Assembly (NCBI GenBank): GCA_027053075.1
Contig: JALUEE010000038.1
Span: forward strand, 1 to 50,992
From: a candidate division WOR-3 bacterium
Lineage (GTDB): Bacteria; Hydrothermota; Hydrothermia; B15-G9; WFZT01
Direction of reading: 5' to 3'
Length of the DNA stretch: 50,992 nt
This document shows positions 1 to 10,960 of the stretch, piece by piece. The notes under the pieces were generated by a model. It did not search any database. It was not told the DNA's origin and worked only from the letters and a program-made list of their open reading frames with translations. The position numbers were made by a program, and so were the translations under genes. Each line of letters opens with the position of its first letter. Position 1 is the stretch's first letter.

Positions 1-18
1 CCTTTCAATAACCTGCAT
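1..18 (-). CDS. Start of a CDS that runs off the left edge of the window (MQVIER...)
   Basis: ATG at 18-16 on the minus strand, preceded by a strong SD (GGAGGTG, 30-24). The product cannot be identified. Confidence 0.55.
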
Positions 19-86
19 TTTATCACCTCCACAAAATTCGTGGGATTTTTAAGTTTCGGTCAGATGTCATTATAATAACCACTTGT

Positions 87-1343
87 ATGAGGAAAATCTA
101 TGCTTTTCTCGCTGTAATTATCTTTTCTGTAGTTGCCTGTACGTCCGGTAATCAAAAAGGTGTGCCCTTCTGGAATGCCATGGGTGGACCCCTTGGGGAC
201 GCACTGAGAAAAATTATCAATGACTACAATTCATCCAATCCGGGTGAACCTATAGTTTACGTTAATCTCGGTAGTTACAGCACACTATCTCAAAAAATCA
301 TGGGAGCTGTTGCTGCCAATAAACCCCCGGTTCTCGCCCAGGTCTATGAATCCTGGACATCGGAGTTGCTTGAGGCGAAGAAGATAGTGCCTTTCTACAG
401 GTACATGCATAAATGGATACCGGATTCTCTTATGAACGATATTTTCCCTGTGTTTATCAAAGACAACGAATGGGATGGTAAAATGCTCACCTTCCCATTC
501 AACAAGAGCGTGCCGGTTTTTTACTACAACCGTGACCTTTTTAAAAAGTACGGCATAGACCATTTCCCTCGGACATGGGAGGAATTCAGGGAGGTGGCGA
601 AAAAATTAACGATAGACACAACCGGTGATGGAATACCGGATATTTATGGCACTGCTTTTCCTGTGAACGTGTGGCTCTATGAGGTAATACTTTATCAAAA
701 GGGCGGGAAAATCATGGACCACGGAAAGGTGGCCTTTAATTCAAAGGCCGGTGTTGAGGCCCTCCAGTACCTTGTTGATTTAATTTATAAGGATTCGTGC
801 GCTTACCTGACTACGGGTTTCAGGCATCAGGACGATTTTGCCACAGGAAGGGTGGCGATGGTTTTTGGAACAATTGTTTCCTATGCCTTTATGAAGCCAA
901 AGATAAATTTCCATCTGGGTGTTGCCCCAATGCCCCATGATAAGGATTCCATCGTGATAATTTCTGGAACAAATGTCGCTATTTTCAGTGGCCAACCGCA
1001 GGATAAGATTGATAGGGCTTATGATTTCATTCGGTATTTCCTGAATGATAGCGTGCAGGTTTACTGGAGTACCCACACAGGATACCTTCCACTTCGAAGG
1101 AGTGCATTGAATAATCCCAAAATGAAGGAATTTATGTCTCAGGTGCCCGGGTTTGAGCGTGCTATAAGACAGGTGGAGTATGCCACATTTGAACCACGGG
1201 ACCCCGTCTGGTTCACGGGTAGAAGATACCTAACGACTGAAGGGCTTGAGCCTGCACTGAGGGGGTATTTACCACCTGAAGTGTCCCTCAAAAGAGCAGC
1301 AAAACTGCTCGAAACCGAGCTAAAACGCCGTTACGGGGGCTAA
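87..1343 (+). CDS. ABC transporter extracellular solute-binding lipoprotein (family 1, UgpB/sugar-like)
   Basis: Signal peptide with lipobox VVAC; SBP_bac_1-like motifs (PFNKSVPVFYYNRDLF, P.TWEE, WSTHTGYLP). TATAAT at 71-76. Confidence 0.85.
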   Translation: MRKIYAFLAVIIFSVVACTSGNQKGVPFWNAMGGPLGDALRKIINDYNSSNPGEPIVYVNLGSYSTLSQKIMGAVAANKPPVLAQVYESWTSELLEAKKIVPFYRYMHKWIPDSLMNDIFPVFIKDNEWDGKMLTFPFNKSVPVFYYNRDLFKKYGIDHFPRTWEEFREVAKKLTIDTTGDGIPDIYGTAFPVNVWLYEVILYQKGGKIMDHGKVAFNSKAGVEALQYLVDLIYKDSCAYLTTGFRHQDDFATGRVAMVFGTIVSYAFMKPKINFHLGVAPMPHDKDSIVIISGTNVAIFSGQPQDKIDRAYDFIRYFLNDSVQVYWSTHTGYLPLRRSALNNPKMKEFMSQVPGFERAIRQVEYATFEPRDPVWFTGRRYLTTEGLEPALRGYLPPEVSLKRAAKLLETELKRRYGG

Positions 1344-2641
1344 TCTCCAAGAAGGTCACCCTCTCCGGTGATGCCCGTTATTTTAACTTTCCTGATCCCT
1401 CTCCGGGGCTTTTTGAATTTCACTGTGAAATCAATCTCCGGGGCATCATATTCTGTCCGCCCCTCGAGCTCACTGTCCATGATTACCGTTACCTCTTTGC
1501 CCACGAGACTTTCCTGAACACCACGCATAATTTCTTCTGCACTCACCATTACCTCAGCCATTCTGTCTGTTATCTCATCGAGTGGTACCTTCCTGGGTAG
1601 TCTGTAAGAGGCTGCCTCGGGCTCATCAGAGTAAGGGAACAGAGCAATTCTTTCGGGGCGATACTGGTAGAGAAGATCAATAAGAGTATCTACATCCTCG
1701 CTGGTCTCACCCGGAAAGCCCACAATAGCCTCTGTTCTTATGAAAAAGTCCGGTAGCTCATCTCTGACCAGCTTAAAGGCTCTCTCCACACTCTTTCTCC
1801 CACCAGCCCTCTTCATCAATCTTAAAACCCTGTCTGATGCATGCTGGATGGGAATATGAAGATACTTTGCCACCTTATCGCTCTCCTTTATTGCATCTAT
1901 CAATTTCTTTGTAACAGAACCCGGATGAAGATACATGAGACGAATCAGCTTCACACCTTCGACTTTATTTAATTCTCTGATCAATTTATCCAGTTGTGGA
2001 GTGCGATATAGGTCATAACCGTAAAGAGTCAGGTCCTGAGCGATGAGTATGATTTCCTCGACACCAACGCGTGTAAGCATTTCAACTTCGTTTACGATGT
2101 CTCCAATCTCTCGTGACCTATACCTGCCCCTCATCTTTGGAATAACGCAAAAAGCACACTTTCTATTGCACCCCTCGGCAACCTTTACGTAGGCATAAAT
2201 TGGTGTTAGAAGCATTCTTGGTAACCGACTTGAATGAATCCAGGTGGAAGGCTTTAACGTTTTTAAACCCGGCCTTATGAGTTTTCGAGAATCAAGTTCG
2301 TCAATAAGTTTGTGAAGCCTCGGCTCTTCGTCTATGCCTACCACAAGGTCCACATCTTTAAACCTCTCAAGAATCTTATCTTTGATCCGATGGACGAGGC
2401 ATCCGGTAACAACGACTCTTTTCACCTTCTTGGATTTTTTGAGCTCGAGAACGTGCTCAATTGTCGCAAAAGATTCGTCAATGGCGTCCTGAATGAATCC
2501 GCAGGTATTAATGATGACAATGTCCGGACTTTCCCCTTCAATGTCAAATTCATAGCCGTGGGATGTGAGAATGCCGGTGAAAACCTCACTGTCAACCTGA
2601 TTTTTTGGACAGCCGAGGGTAATGACGGAAAACTTCTTCAA
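1340..2641 (-). CDS. rimO: Ribosomal protein S12 methylthiotransferase
   Basis: LGCPKNQVDSE, NTCGFI, radical SAM motif CNRKCAFC and C-terminal DAPEID are typical of RimO. Confidence 0.92.
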   Translation of the reverse strand: MKKFSVITLGCPKNQVDSEVFTGILTSHGYEFDIEGESPDIVIINTCGFIQDAIDESFATIEHVLELKKSKKVKRVVVTGCLVHRIKDKILERFKDVDLVVGIDEEPRLHKLIDELDSRKLIRPGLKTLKPSTWIHSSRLPRMLLTPIYAYVKVAEGCNRKCAFCVIPKMRGRYRSREIGDIVNEVEMLTRVGVEEIILIAQDLTLYGYDLYRTPQLDKLIRELNKVEGVKLIRLMYLHPGSVTKKLIDAIKESDKVAKYLHIPIQHASDRVLRLMKRAGGRKSVERAFKLVRDELPDFFIRTEAIVGFPGETSEDVDTLIDLLYQYRPERIALFPYSDEPEAASYRLPRKVPLDEITDRMAEVMVSAEEIMRGVQESLVGKEVTVIMDSELEGRTEYDAPEIDFTVKFKKPRRGIRKVKITGITGEGDLLGD

Positions 2642-3369
2642 TACCCGATCTCCAGCCTGTAGGCGAGCGCCTCAGGCAAACCCGCATCGATTATCTTTTT
2701 CATAGCAGTCTTGACGTCATATTCGATTCTGTGGAGCTCGAAGTATTTTTCATCTGTGTCGAAGATTCCAAAACTTGCCCGCCAGTCCCTGTCTCGCGGC
2801 TGACCCACACTACCTGGATTTATCATGTATTTATGCCCTCGTAAGAGGTACAGCTCATTCTGGTCAAGTTTTGTCACGTTACCCTCACGATCGCGCTGGA
2901 AAATTGCAGGAATATGCGTGTGACCGTAAAACCCTGTCTCCTTTCCAAGGAATTTGAACTGGTATTTCGCCTCATACTCGTCGAAAATGTATGTCCAGTT
3001 TTCTGGATTTTCCCACTCTGCGTGGGTAATCTCAAAGTCATCATCCGGTGAGATGCGATAGGGCAAATTTTTAAGCCATATTTTTTGTGCCTCATTTAGC
3101 CTTGATGCGGTCCATTCGATGGCCTCTTTCGCATAGATGTTCATGAATCTCCGCTCTTCAACATTAACCACAGCCTCGTCGTGGTTTCCTTTGACCACGA
3201 TGGCGCCACGCCTTTTGACAATTTCAATGCATTCAGAAGGATCAGCACCGTATCCCACTACGTCTCCGAGGACTATCAGGGCATCATACCCAATTCTATC
3301 AAGCTCTTTTAGGACACTTTGAAGTGCCTCTAAATTGCCATGAATATCCGATAGGATGGCAAATCTCAT
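2638..3369 (-). CDS. Calcineurin-like metallophosphoesterase
   Basis: SDIHGN, LGDVVGYG, GNHD, GHTH and NPGSVGQPRD motifs. Confidence 0.92.
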   Translation of the reverse strand: MRFAILSDIHGNLEALQSVLKELDRIGYDALIVLGDVVGYGADPSECIEIVKRRGAIVVKGNHDEAVVNVEERRFMNIYAKEAIEWTASRLNEAQKIWLKNLPYRISPDDDFEITHAEWENPENWTYIFDEYEAKYQFKFLGKETGFYGHTHIPAIFQRDREGNVTKLDQNELYLLRGHKYMINPGSVGQPRDRDWRASFGIFDTDEKYFELHRIEYDVKTAMKKIIDAGLPEALAYRLEIGY

Positions 3370-3803
3370 TTATCCCCCTCCTTGAAGCCAAGTTTTATCG
3401 CAATATTGTCAAGGACACCATTTACAAACCTGCCAGACTCCTCTGTGGAGAAGAGCTTGGCTATCTCAATGGCCTCTGAGATTGAGACTTTAAATGGAAC
3501 CTCATCAAGTCCTATCATTTCAGCCACTGCCATGCGGAGAATTGATCGGTCAATGGTGGTTATTCTCTCGAGTGGCCAGTTGAGCGTGGTCTCGTCAATC
3601 AGCCGGTCAATCTCGTCGAGATTGGCTTTGACAGACTCTAATATCTGATCCGTAAAGGCCTTCACGTCCGGTGGTGGTGATTCACGTTCGTAAATATCTG
3701 AAATAGCCTGATCAAGAGGCTCATCCAGAAGGTCAAAACGATACAGGGCCTCGAGTGCAAGTACTCGACTGAGCCTCCTTCCTGTAAATTGATAGTACGC
3801 CAT
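3366..3803 (-). CDS. nusB: Transcription antitermination factor NusB
   Basis: RRLSRVLALEALY, W..ERI..IDRSILR, EAIEIAK.F and FVNGVLD motifs. Confidence 0.95.
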   Translation of the reverse strand: MAYYQFTGRRLSRVLALEALYRFDLLDEPLDQAISDIYERESPPPDVKAFTDQILESVKANLDEIDRLIDETTLNWPLERITTIDRSILRMAVAEMIGLDEVPFKVSISEAIEIAKLFSTEESGRFVNGVLDNIAIKLGFKEGDK

Positions 3804-4894
3804 TACTTAATCACTCTCTCGAAAGCCTCTAAAAATTTATCCGTCTGTAAATCATCTCCAACCGTCACCCTCACCCCCTTGGGCAAATCGTAGGCGTCAA
3901 GTGGCCTTACAATCACTCCGTAATCAAGCAATTTTTTGAAAATTTCACTTCCTTTCATCCAAGTCTCAATATAAACAAAATTCCCTTGCGAGGGGTAATA
4001 TTTTACACCCAGTTCTTCGAATTTTTTATACATCTTTAGTTTATTGCGTTCATTTGATTCTCTTGACTGTCGTACGTGGTTTGTGTCTTTGAGAGCAGCA
4101 ATTCCTGCAGCTCTTGCCACACGCGATACGCTGAAGGGAAACCTTACATGCTCGAACTTTTCTATGATCTCCGGCGAAGTGAGGGCGTAACCAAGCCTTA
4201 ATCCTGCAAGTCCATAAATTTTCGAGAATGTTCGAATTATCACAATGTTGCCACGGTCAAGGAATTTTCTCGTGTCCGGATAGTCATCCGCTGTGACATA
4301 CTCGTAATATGCCTCGTCAAAAACGATGATGACATCCTGGTCAACGCTCTCGATGAACCTTCTGACTTCTGATTCGCTCAAATATGTGCCCGTGGGATTA
4401 TTGGGGTTGCAGATATAAATTATTCTCGTGTTTTCGTTAACTGATTGGGAAATTCTCTCGAGGTTTATGGTCAAATCATCGCGCATTGGAACCTGAATCA
4501 CATCTGCGCCGACGATTCTCCCTGAAATTTTATAAATCTGGAAAGTGTGCTTTGAAGTGACGATGTTTGATTTTTCGTTCAGAAAGGCGAGTGAGAGAAA
4601 GAGGAAAATCTCGCTTGAGCCGTTGCCGACGTATACCATTTCAGGTGGGAGACCAACGTTTTCGGCTATAGCTTTCTTCAAATCGTTGTAAGTGTTGTCT
4701 GGATAAATATTTATCCTGTTTAATTCGTACCTTGCTGCCTCGACTGCGAAGGGTGAAGGGCCAAGCGGATTTTCATTGGACGAGAGCTTTACGATCTCGT
4801 CCAATGAAAATCCGCGAGATTTAACAAGACTCTCCGCTGTAACTCCCGGCACATAAACGGGAACTTCCTCGATATAGGGATTAAATTTCATCAA
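3803..4894 (-). CDS. hisC: Histidinol-phosphate aminotransferase
   Basis: KLSSNENPLG, GNGSSE, CNPNNPTG, DEAYYEY, RTFSKIYGLAGLRLGY (PLP lysine). Confidence 0.9.
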   Translation of the reverse strand: MMKFNPYIEEVPVYVPGVTAESLVKSRGFSLDEIVKLSSNENPLGPSPFAVEAARYELNRINIYPDNTYNDLKKAIAENVGLPPEMVYVGNGSSEIFLFLSLAFLNEKSNIVTSKHTFQIYKISGRIVGADVIQVPMRDDLTINLERISQSVNENTRIIYICNPNNPTGTYLSESEVRRFIESVDQDVIIVFDEAYYEYVTADDYPDTRKFLDRGNIVIIRTFSKIYGLAGLRLGYALTSPEIIEKFEHVRFPFSVSRVARAAGIAALKDTNHVRQSRESNERNKLKMYKKFEELGVKYYPSQGNFVYIETWMKGSEIFKKLLDYGVIVRPLDAYDLPKGVRVTVGDDLQTDKFLEAFERVIK

Positions 4895-6633
4895 TCTTTC
4901 ATCCTGCTACCTTTTTCCACCACTGTGAAAATCCAGCCAGCCACCTCTCCAGGATCAATAGCAGTTTCATCGGTTGCCTCTTTGGGCCAGAAATCCTCAC
5001 CCCTGTCAAAGTACGAGCTTGTATCGCCAACGGTGAGCGTTTTCTCCTCGAGAATCTGCTTAAACCAGTCCTGCCATTGCTTCATGTTTTCAGGTGTAAG
5101 GTCAACCCACTCGTTGTGCCTGAAATGCATGATATTTTCCGAGGTAACCTTCCACGGCCTTTCTGCCCAGAATTTCCTTCTATATGTGACTTCATTCTTT
5201 GCAAAAAGTAGTCTTTTACCATCGGAAAGAAGAATGGGAATTCCCACTGAAACGATCCAGCTTCTTAAGTCCTTGTTCTCTTCAATCTCTTTCTGACTTA
5301 CCTTTGCAAGATTTTCAGGGGTCATCTTCAGGGCCTTTTCCATAGTCCCAACGGTGTTTTTCAGGATATAGGCTTCAAAAATCAATTTTGTGAGACGAGG
5401 GGGCCCAAGAATTTCAAATGCGATACTCTCTTTACCTGTCCTGTTCTTCTCCTCTTCGAGTTTTTTGATGGCAAATTGCCTAAGGAACCCGGCTCTGTAG
5501 GTCGAGCCCATGACAGAGCCATCGAGGGCGTCAATGACATCCTTGGATGTGTTTCCACCCTTGATTTCAAGCAATGTATTTTTGGCAATTTCTTCTGGTG
5601 TCACTGCCTGCATCTGTCCCAGTGTTGTGATGGCCTTGAATTCTTCAAGGGAGAAGACTCCATTTTCACCAGTATCGATGAAAACTGCCTTCAGGGGGAT
5701 GTTTAAAGGTTCACCGGCGTCAATCTTTTTGTAGTCAAAGGTTTCGCCCTCTTTTAGCTCGACAGCCCTGTCTGGCGGGCAGTCGTAGCGGTAGATCGTT
5801 TGTCCACGTTTTCTGATTTCTCCAGAGCCTATTCTCTTCCACGCTATGAGTGATGCAGGTTTGATCTCTTTTATGATAGGTGCATCGGGTGTCCTCGCCA
5901 TCAGGAAAAGTAAGAGGGTCTGGGCCCCTGCCACTGCAGATTTAGAGAGCAGAATCCTCGAAGGACGCTCTTCTCCATGCGTGTATGGGATATTCAAACC
6001 CATGCCACCGGTGCCGGTTGTCCCAATTTTCACATACATCTGAACGTTATTGTCCATCATCGCTCGATAAAGTATCTGAATGTGTCTTACAAGCTGAGGA
6101 ATGTAAAGGCTGGTCACCAGTCTTGCGACACTCACGGGGAACTCTTTGCTGGAGAAATCTCCTCGATCTAAATAACTTTTGACCTCTGTAGCGGCTGAAT
6201 AGATGTCCTGATACGCCAGAGCCGTAGCGGTATTGATGGAATCAATGATAATGTCTGGCTTGTGCCTGTGAATGAGTGTATACAGATGGGAGTTTTTTAT
6301 GATTTCATCGGTAATCTCACCAAGTACGTCTTCCATTACCTTGTCTCGGTATTCCGGAGTATTCAGGATTTCCTCACGTGATTTTCCAACCAGTTCCTCG
6401 CGAACGAAGATGTTTCCGCACTCCGGTACAAATTCTGTTGTGGGTTTCTCGTGATCCTTGAAGACACGCTCAATATAAGCTTTCAGCTCTTTTATTGCAG
6501 TTTCACTTTCCTCTTTGAACAGGGACGATATAACGAGTTTGCGTGGATTTTCGTGTAGCATTTTTTTTGCAATTGCGAGGCCTACCTGGCCCGCCCCTCC
6601 AAGCAATAAAATGGTTTTACCTTTTATATCCAT
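4891..6633 (-). CDS. Uncharacterised 580-aa protein with an N-terminal Rossmann (SDR-like) nucleotide-binding fold
   Basis: ILLLGGAGQVGLAIA glycine-rich motif; conserved-looking KIGTTGTGGMGLNIPYTH segment; SD AGGAGG upstream. Confidence 0.65.
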   Translation of the reverse strand: MDIKGKTILLLGGAGQVGLAIAKKMLHENPRKLVISSLFKEESETAIKELKAYIERVFKDHEKPTTEFVPECGNIFVREELVGKSREEILNTPEYRDKVMEDVLGEITDEIIKNSHLYTLIHRHKPDIIIDSINTATALAYQDIYSAATEVKSYLDRGDFSSKEFPVSVARLVTSLYIPQLVRHIQILYRAMMDNNVQMYVKIGTTGTGGMGLNIPYTHGEERPSRILLSKSAVAGAQTLLLFLMARTPDAPIIKEIKPASLIAWKRIGSGEIRKRGQTIYRYDCPPDRAVELKEGETFDYKKIDAGEPLNIPLKAVFIDTGENGVFSLEEFKAITTLGQMQAVTPEEIAKNTLLEIKGGNTSKDVIDALDGSVMGSTYRAGFLRQFAIKKLEEEKNRTGKESIAFEILGPPRLTKLIFEAYILKNTVGTMEKALKMTPENLAKVSQKEIEENKDLRSWIVSVGIPILLSDGKRLLFAKNEVTYRRKFWAERPWKVTSENIMHFRHNEWVDLTPENMKQWQDWFKQILEEKTLTVGDTSSYFDRGEDFWPKEATDETAIDPGEVAGWIFTVVEKGSRMKD

Positions 6634-6713
6634 GTGGGAATCCTCCTGTAGGGTTTAAATAAATGGAAGGCAAATAATCAGGTGTATAAAGTTTTAATGA
6701 GCTCACGGCTCAA

Positions 6714-6743
6714 TTTATAAACTAATTTACCACCACCTGTCAA
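6714..6743 (-). promoter_or_regulatory. Predicted sigma70 promoter for the SDR-like/hisC/nusB/rimO operon
   Basis: TTGACA (6743-6738), 18-nt spacer, TATAAA (6719-6714). Confidence 0.55.
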
Positions 6744-6752
6744 TTAAAGTCG

Positions 6753-7071
6753 GTGTATGTTCGAAAATGTTGCCCCTCACCTTCATCCTCTCCCCGCACG
6801 AAATTTATGCGAGGAGAGGAAGTTTTGTTAGGAAGCTTAGTGTATAGCTCTCAAAGGGTTAAGCCTATAGGTAAAATATTTTCTCTCCCACAAACGAAGT
6901 TTGTGGGAGCAGGTGCGGGGAGGATCTTTCTGCTTAAAAACTAAAAATTTAAGAGATGGATCCCTCTCCTTCCATCCTGCCCCGCAAACAAATTTATAGG
7001 AATTTTTTATGAATTTGCCAACATTTTTTACGACTTAAAAGATGCCCCTTAACGCTAATTCGAACATACTC
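6753..7071. mobile_element. MITE-like element, copy 1
   Basis: Inverted ends GTGTATGTTCGAA / TTCGAACATACTC; internal CCCCTC-type hairpins. No matching target duplication is visible. Confidence 0.55.
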
Positions 7072-7079
7072 CCTCCGTT

Positions 7080-7433
7080 AAGCTTTTTCGAAAAATCCTA
7101 AATTTCAGTTACCACCTTTTCCAGCGGATCTTCGTAACATCACCCGTAATCGCAGGCGGGTCGGTAATTTTCCCTCCTTCCTCGGGGAAGGAGGGGCCAG
7201 GGGAGAATGGGAGGAAAGATTGACAGATTCAGAATCTCTGAATGGTTGATATTTCTGAGCACGGATACTTTTCCCATTCCACCCCAACCCTCCCTTCCTG
7301 AGGAAGGGAGGGAGTTTTGATGCCTGTTGTAACTTATTAATTACTTAATTTTTTAACGAATCCATTACTTTTCTCCTCACTCTATACACCTCCGCGAAAA
7401 AATGGCCAAGAATGAAATTTTTCGAACACATCC
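7080..7433. mobile_element. MITE-like element, copy 2
   Basis: Ends AAGCTTTTTCGAAAAAT / TTTTTCGAACACATCC; flanking direct repeat CCTCCGTT (7072-7079 and 7434-7441); internal hairpins at 7171-7210 and 7273-7313. Confidence 0.65.
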
Positions 7434-7440
7434 CCTCCGT

Positions 7441-7469
7441 TTGAGATTGGTAGGGGTTGGTCTTATAAT
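7441..7469 (+). promoter_or_regulatory. Predicted sigma70 promoter for the DUF4159-yebC-ruvCAB operon
   Basis: TTGAGA, 17-nt spacer, TATAAT. Confidence 0.65.
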
Positions 7470-7480
7470 CCATAGACGTC

Positions 7481-8113
7481 ATGAATGTGCTTCTTTTGCT
7501 CCTGATTATCGGTGGAAACTTTCACTACAACCTGAAACTCGCACGGGTGAAGTATGCTGGTGGAGGAGATTGGTACAACGACCCGGATGTGCTGCCCAAC
7601 CTCGCAAAATTCCTCAATAAACATACAAATCTCAAGGTTGAACCCCGTGAATACGTTGTTTCATTCGATAACCCTAAGGTGTTTAAGTTTCCCTTCCTAT
7701 ATCTCACCGGACATGGAAATATTAAACTTTCGGACGAAGAGGTCAAAAATTTGAGAAAATACCTTGAAAACGGAGGATTCCTTTATGTTGACGATGACTA
7801 CGGCCTTGATAAATATTTTCGCAGGGAGATAAAGAAGGTCTTCCCTGACAAAAAGCTTGTGGAGCTCCCATTCAGCAATCCCATTTATCACGTGTTTTAC
7901 AACTTTGATAAAGGGCTTCCCAAGATTCATGAACACTATAAGGGACCACCCCATGGATATGCCATAATCATTAAAGGAAGAGTGGCTTTGTTTTATACTT
8001 ATAACACCAACATATCAGATGGGTGGACTCCGAGACACAATGATCCACCTGTTAAGAGAGAAGAGGCATTTAAGATGGGAACAAATATTGTGCTTTATTC
8101 GTTAATCTATTAA
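7481..8113 (+). CDS. DUF4159-family protein
   Basis: [32 protein letters not shown] and GLPKIHEH motifs; hydrophobic N-terminus. Confidence 0.8.
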   Translation: MNVLLLLLIIGGNFHYNLKLARVKYAGGGDWYNDPDVLPNLAKFLNKHTNLKVEPREYVVSFDNPKVFKFPFLYLTGHGNIKLSDEEVKNLRKYLENGGFLYVDDDYGLDKYFRREIKKVFPDKKLVELPFSNPIYHVFYNFDKGLPKIHEHYKGPPHGYAIIIKGRVALFYTYNTNISDGWTPRHNDPPVKREEAFKMGTNIVLYSLIY

Positions 8114-8141
8114 AATAACCAAAAATGGAGGTAAAGAGAAC

Positions 8142-8888
8142 ATGGCTGGACATTCCAAATGGGCACAAATTAAACATAAAAAGGCAAAAGTAGATGCCAA
8201 AAGAGGCAAGATATTCACAAAACTAATAAGAGAAATTATGGTTGCTGCCAGAATAGGTGGTGGCGACCCTGACCATAATCCGAGATTGAGACTGGCTATT
8301 GATAGGGCAAAGAGCTATAACATGCCAATGGAAAACATTGAGCGTGCCATAAAGAAGGGGACAGGTGAACTTGAGGGAGTGAAGTACGAAAATGCCGTTT
8401 TCGAAGGCTATGGACCGGGTGGTGTGGCTATCCTTGTTGTAACACTGACTGACAATAAAAACAGGACCACCGGGGAGATCAGACATATTTTCACCAAGCA
8501 TGGTGGAAACCTGGGAAGTCCGGGTAGCGTCGCATGGCAGTTTAAAGAAAAGGGCTTTATTGTAATTGATAAGTCGGCCGCCGACGAAGATACAGTTTTT
8601 GAGATTGCCATAGAGGCGGGCGCCGAGGATGTCGTCACAGGTGATGAATCCTACGAAGTTTATACCGATCCAAAAGATTTTGAGGCCGTGAAGAAGGCCT
8701 TTGAAGAGAAGGGCATTCCTCTTGCCCAGGCAGAAATCACCATGTTGCCTCAATCCACTGTAAAACTCAATGAAAAAGACGCTGAGAAAGTTTTAAAGCT
8801 GGTAAATGCCCTTGAAGACCACGACGATGTTCAGCAGGTCTACGCCAACTTCGATATCCCTGACGAGATACTGCAGAAAGTGGCCTGA
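8142..8888 (+). CDS. yebC: YebC/PmpR family protein
   Basis: [28 protein letters not shown] and DDVQQVYAN motifs; classic position upstream of ruvC. Confidence 0.96.
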   Translation: MAGHSKWAQIKHKKAKVDAKRGKIFTKLIREIMVAARIGGGDPDHNPRLRLAIDRAKSYNMPMENIERAIKKGTGELEGVKYENAVFEGYGPGGVAILVVTLTDNKNRTTGEIRHIFTKHGGNLGSPGSVAWQFKEKGFIVIDKSAADEDTVFEIAIEAGAEDVVTGDESYEVYTDPKDFEAVKKAFEEKGIPLAQAEITMLPQSTVKLNEKDAEKVLKLVNALEDHDDVQQVYANFDIPDEILQKVA

Positions 8889-9367
8889 TGATCATAATGG
8901 GGGTTGACCCGGCCCTTAATCACACCGGGTTCGCTGTCCTCGATGAAAAGTTAAACCTGCTTGAAAGTGGAGTTATTAATTCCACTGGAAAAAATCTCGA
9001 AGATAAGCTTGTTCAGATTTACGACGGTTTGAAAAACGTAATAGAAAAATGGCACCCGAATTACTTTGTAATGGAAGACGCATTTTATCACAGAAACCCC
9101 AGAACTGCAATAAAACTTGGCGCAGTCAAAGGAGTATGCCTTTTAGCTGCAAAACACAGCAACCTCAAAATTATAAATATACCACCAACAGTGATTAAAC
9201 TTTCAATCACAGGTAGTGGCCATGCAAATAAAGAACAGGTTGCATTTATGGTAAAAAAGATATTAAAATTAGACTTCAATATGTCGTCGCACGAGAGCGA
9301 TGCAATTGCATGTGTATTAGCTGCCATTCACAAGCTTCGAAAAGATGCTATATTCAATAAAAGGTAA
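8888..9367 (+). CDS. ruvC: Crossover junction endodeoxyribonuclease RuvC
   Basis: MGVDP, ED.F, K..ITGSGHANKEQV and DAIA motifs. Confidence 0.93.
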   Translation: MIIMGVDPALNHTGFAVLDEKLNLLESGVINSTGKNLEDKLVQIYDGLKNVIEKWHPNYFVMEDAFYHRNPRTAIKLGAVKGVCLLAAKHSNLKIINIPPTVIKLSITGSGHANKEQVAFMVKKILKLDFNMSSHESDAIACVLAAIHKLRKDAIFNKR

Positions 9368-9938
9368 GTTAATATCCAAAAAGCCATTTTCATGCGTCAT
9401 AAGAGTATCCATGTTTCAGGGAAGTTATATGGATTTTGAATTGACGATACCCCTCTCTACCTATGAGCAACTTGGAGAGGAAGGGAACGACGAGGAACTC
9501 TATGTGTATCCTGCCTTTGTCAAGGGTGAGCTTGTGGTATATGGTTTTAAAACTCAGGAAGACCGTATGCTTTTCACACGATTAATTAAATTAATTGGCA
9601 TTGGGCCGTCTCTTGCAGTGCGGCTTTTATCTGGCATGAATGCCGAGGAGCTTCTTGCAGCTATTTCAAATGAAGATTTAAAGAAACTCGCGGGCATTAA
9701 AGGTGTCGGGAAGAAGCGTGCTGAGAGGTTAATTTTCGAGTTGAAAGGCAAGCTCCCCGAGTTTGAGGCAGAGAGGCGGGAGGAGGCGAGGAACATTGGG
9801 GAACAGGCGATTGATGCACTGATCGCCCTTGGCCTAAAACCTAAAGAGGCTGAAACAGCAGTTAAAAAGGTGCTTACCAGTTCACATGATTTATCGGTTG
9901 AAGATATTATCAAACTCGCCCTGTCTCAGATGAAATGA
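9345..9938 (+). CDS. ruvA: Holliday junction DNA helicase subunit RuvA
   Basis: YGF, GIGPSLA and [17 protein letters not shown]hH motifs; lies between ruvC and ruvB. Confidence 0.93.
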   Translation: MLYSIKGKLISKKPFSCVIRVSMFQGSYMDFELTIPLSTYEQLGEEGNDEELYVYPAFVKGELVVYGFKTQEDRMLFTRLIKLIGIGPSLAVRLLSGMNAEELLAAISNEDLKKLAGIKGVGKKRAERLIFELKGKLPEFEAERREEARNIGEQAIDALIALGLKPKEAETAVKKVLTSSHDLSVEDIIKLALSQMK

Positions 9939-10942
9939 GAATTACAGACCCTGGATATATTGATAAAACAGAGATTGAGATAGACAGCACATTAAGACCA
10001 AGAAAGTTCGACGAGTTTATCGGCCAGAAAAAGCTGATTGAAAACCTGAAGATATTTGTTAAAGCTGCGCTCAAGCGTGAGGAGGCGCTCGATCATGTCC
10101 TTTTCTATGGACCTCCTGGACTTGGTAAAACTACCCTTGCCTATATTCTTTCTCACGAGATGGGTGTGAATATACGTACCACATCTGGACCTATAATCGA
10201 GAGGCCTGCTGACCTCGCTGGCATCATTACGAATTTGAATGAGGGCGATATTTTATTCATTGATGAGATTCATAGATTACCTCGAAACGTGGAGGAGTAC
10301 CTCTATTCTGCAATGGAGGATTTCAGGATTGACATAGTTATTGATAAAGGTCCTTCAGCCCAGTCTATTAAACTTTCTTTGCCTCCTTTCACTCTCGTGG
10401 GCGCGACCACGAGGGCCGGGATGCTTACTTCCCCTCTTCTTGCGAGGTTTGGCATCTCCATGAGGCTTGATTACTATTCTTATGAGGAAATTAAGAGTAT
10501 AGTTGAAAGGTCTGCGAGAATCCTTGGGGTGGAAATTACGGCTGACGGCGCGAGTGAGATAGCAAGGAGGTCGAGAGGGACACCGAGGATTGCCAATAGG
10601 TTACTAAGGCGGGTAAGGGATTTCGCTCAGGTTAAGGGGGATGGTGTGATAAATAAGGAAATAGCTAAATACGCCCTGGACATGCTGGAGGTTGACGAAG
10701 CGGGATTGGATGACATGGACAAAAGGATACTGAAAACGATCATTGAAAAGTTCAATGGTGGCCCTGTGGGAATCAAAACCCTGTCTATCTCCGTGGGGGA
10801 GGACATCGAAACCATAGAAGAGGTTTACGAACCCTATTTGATAAGGCAGGGCTTCATAAAGAGGACTCCGAGAGGTAGAATAGCGACACCCAAGGCATAC
10901 GAACACATGAAACTATACGGTAACGCGAACCTGCTTTTTTAA
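9935..10942 (+). CDS. ruvB: Holliday junction branch migration helicase RuvB
   Basis: [41 protein letters not shown] and RTPRGR motifs. Confidence 0.98.
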   Translation: MRITDPGYIDKTEIEIDSTLRPRKFDEFIGQKKLIENLKIFVKAALKREEALDHVLFYGPPGLGKTTLAYILSHEMGVNIRTTSGPIIERPADLAGIITNLNEGDILFIDEIHRLPRNVEEYLYSAMEDFRIDIVIDKGPSAQSIKLSLPPFTLVGATTRAGMLTSPLLARFGISMRLDYYSYEEIKSIVERSARILGVEITADGASEIARRSRGTPRIANRLLRRVRDFAQVKGDGVINKEIAKYALDMLEVDEAGLDDMDKRILKTIIEKFNGGPVGIKTLSISVGEDIETIEEVYEPYLIRQGFIKRTPRGRIATPKAYEHMKLYGNANLLF

Positions 10943-10960
10943 AAACGAAAGGAGGCGTAT

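Noticed and set aside
87..1343. Orphan ABC solute-binding gene overlapping rimO tail-to-tail by 4 bp
   Set aside because: Orphan binding proteins and short convergent overlaps are common; the permeases may lie outside the window.
6753..7440. Clustered repeats as a possible CRISPR array
   Set aside because: The repeats differ in sequence, orientation and spacing, there is no regular repeat-spacer period, and no cas genes are present.
6753..7620. Short ORFs in the intergenic repeat regions (also 21749-21982, 22857-23063, 27400-27585, 47493-47684)
   Set aside because: They have no recognisable motifs, mostly lack an SD, and largely translate palindromic repeat or site DNA.
8950..9400. AT-rich stretch within ruvC as foreign DNA
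   Set aside because: The gene is intact and in the canonical yebC-ruvCAB order, with no mobility signatures.
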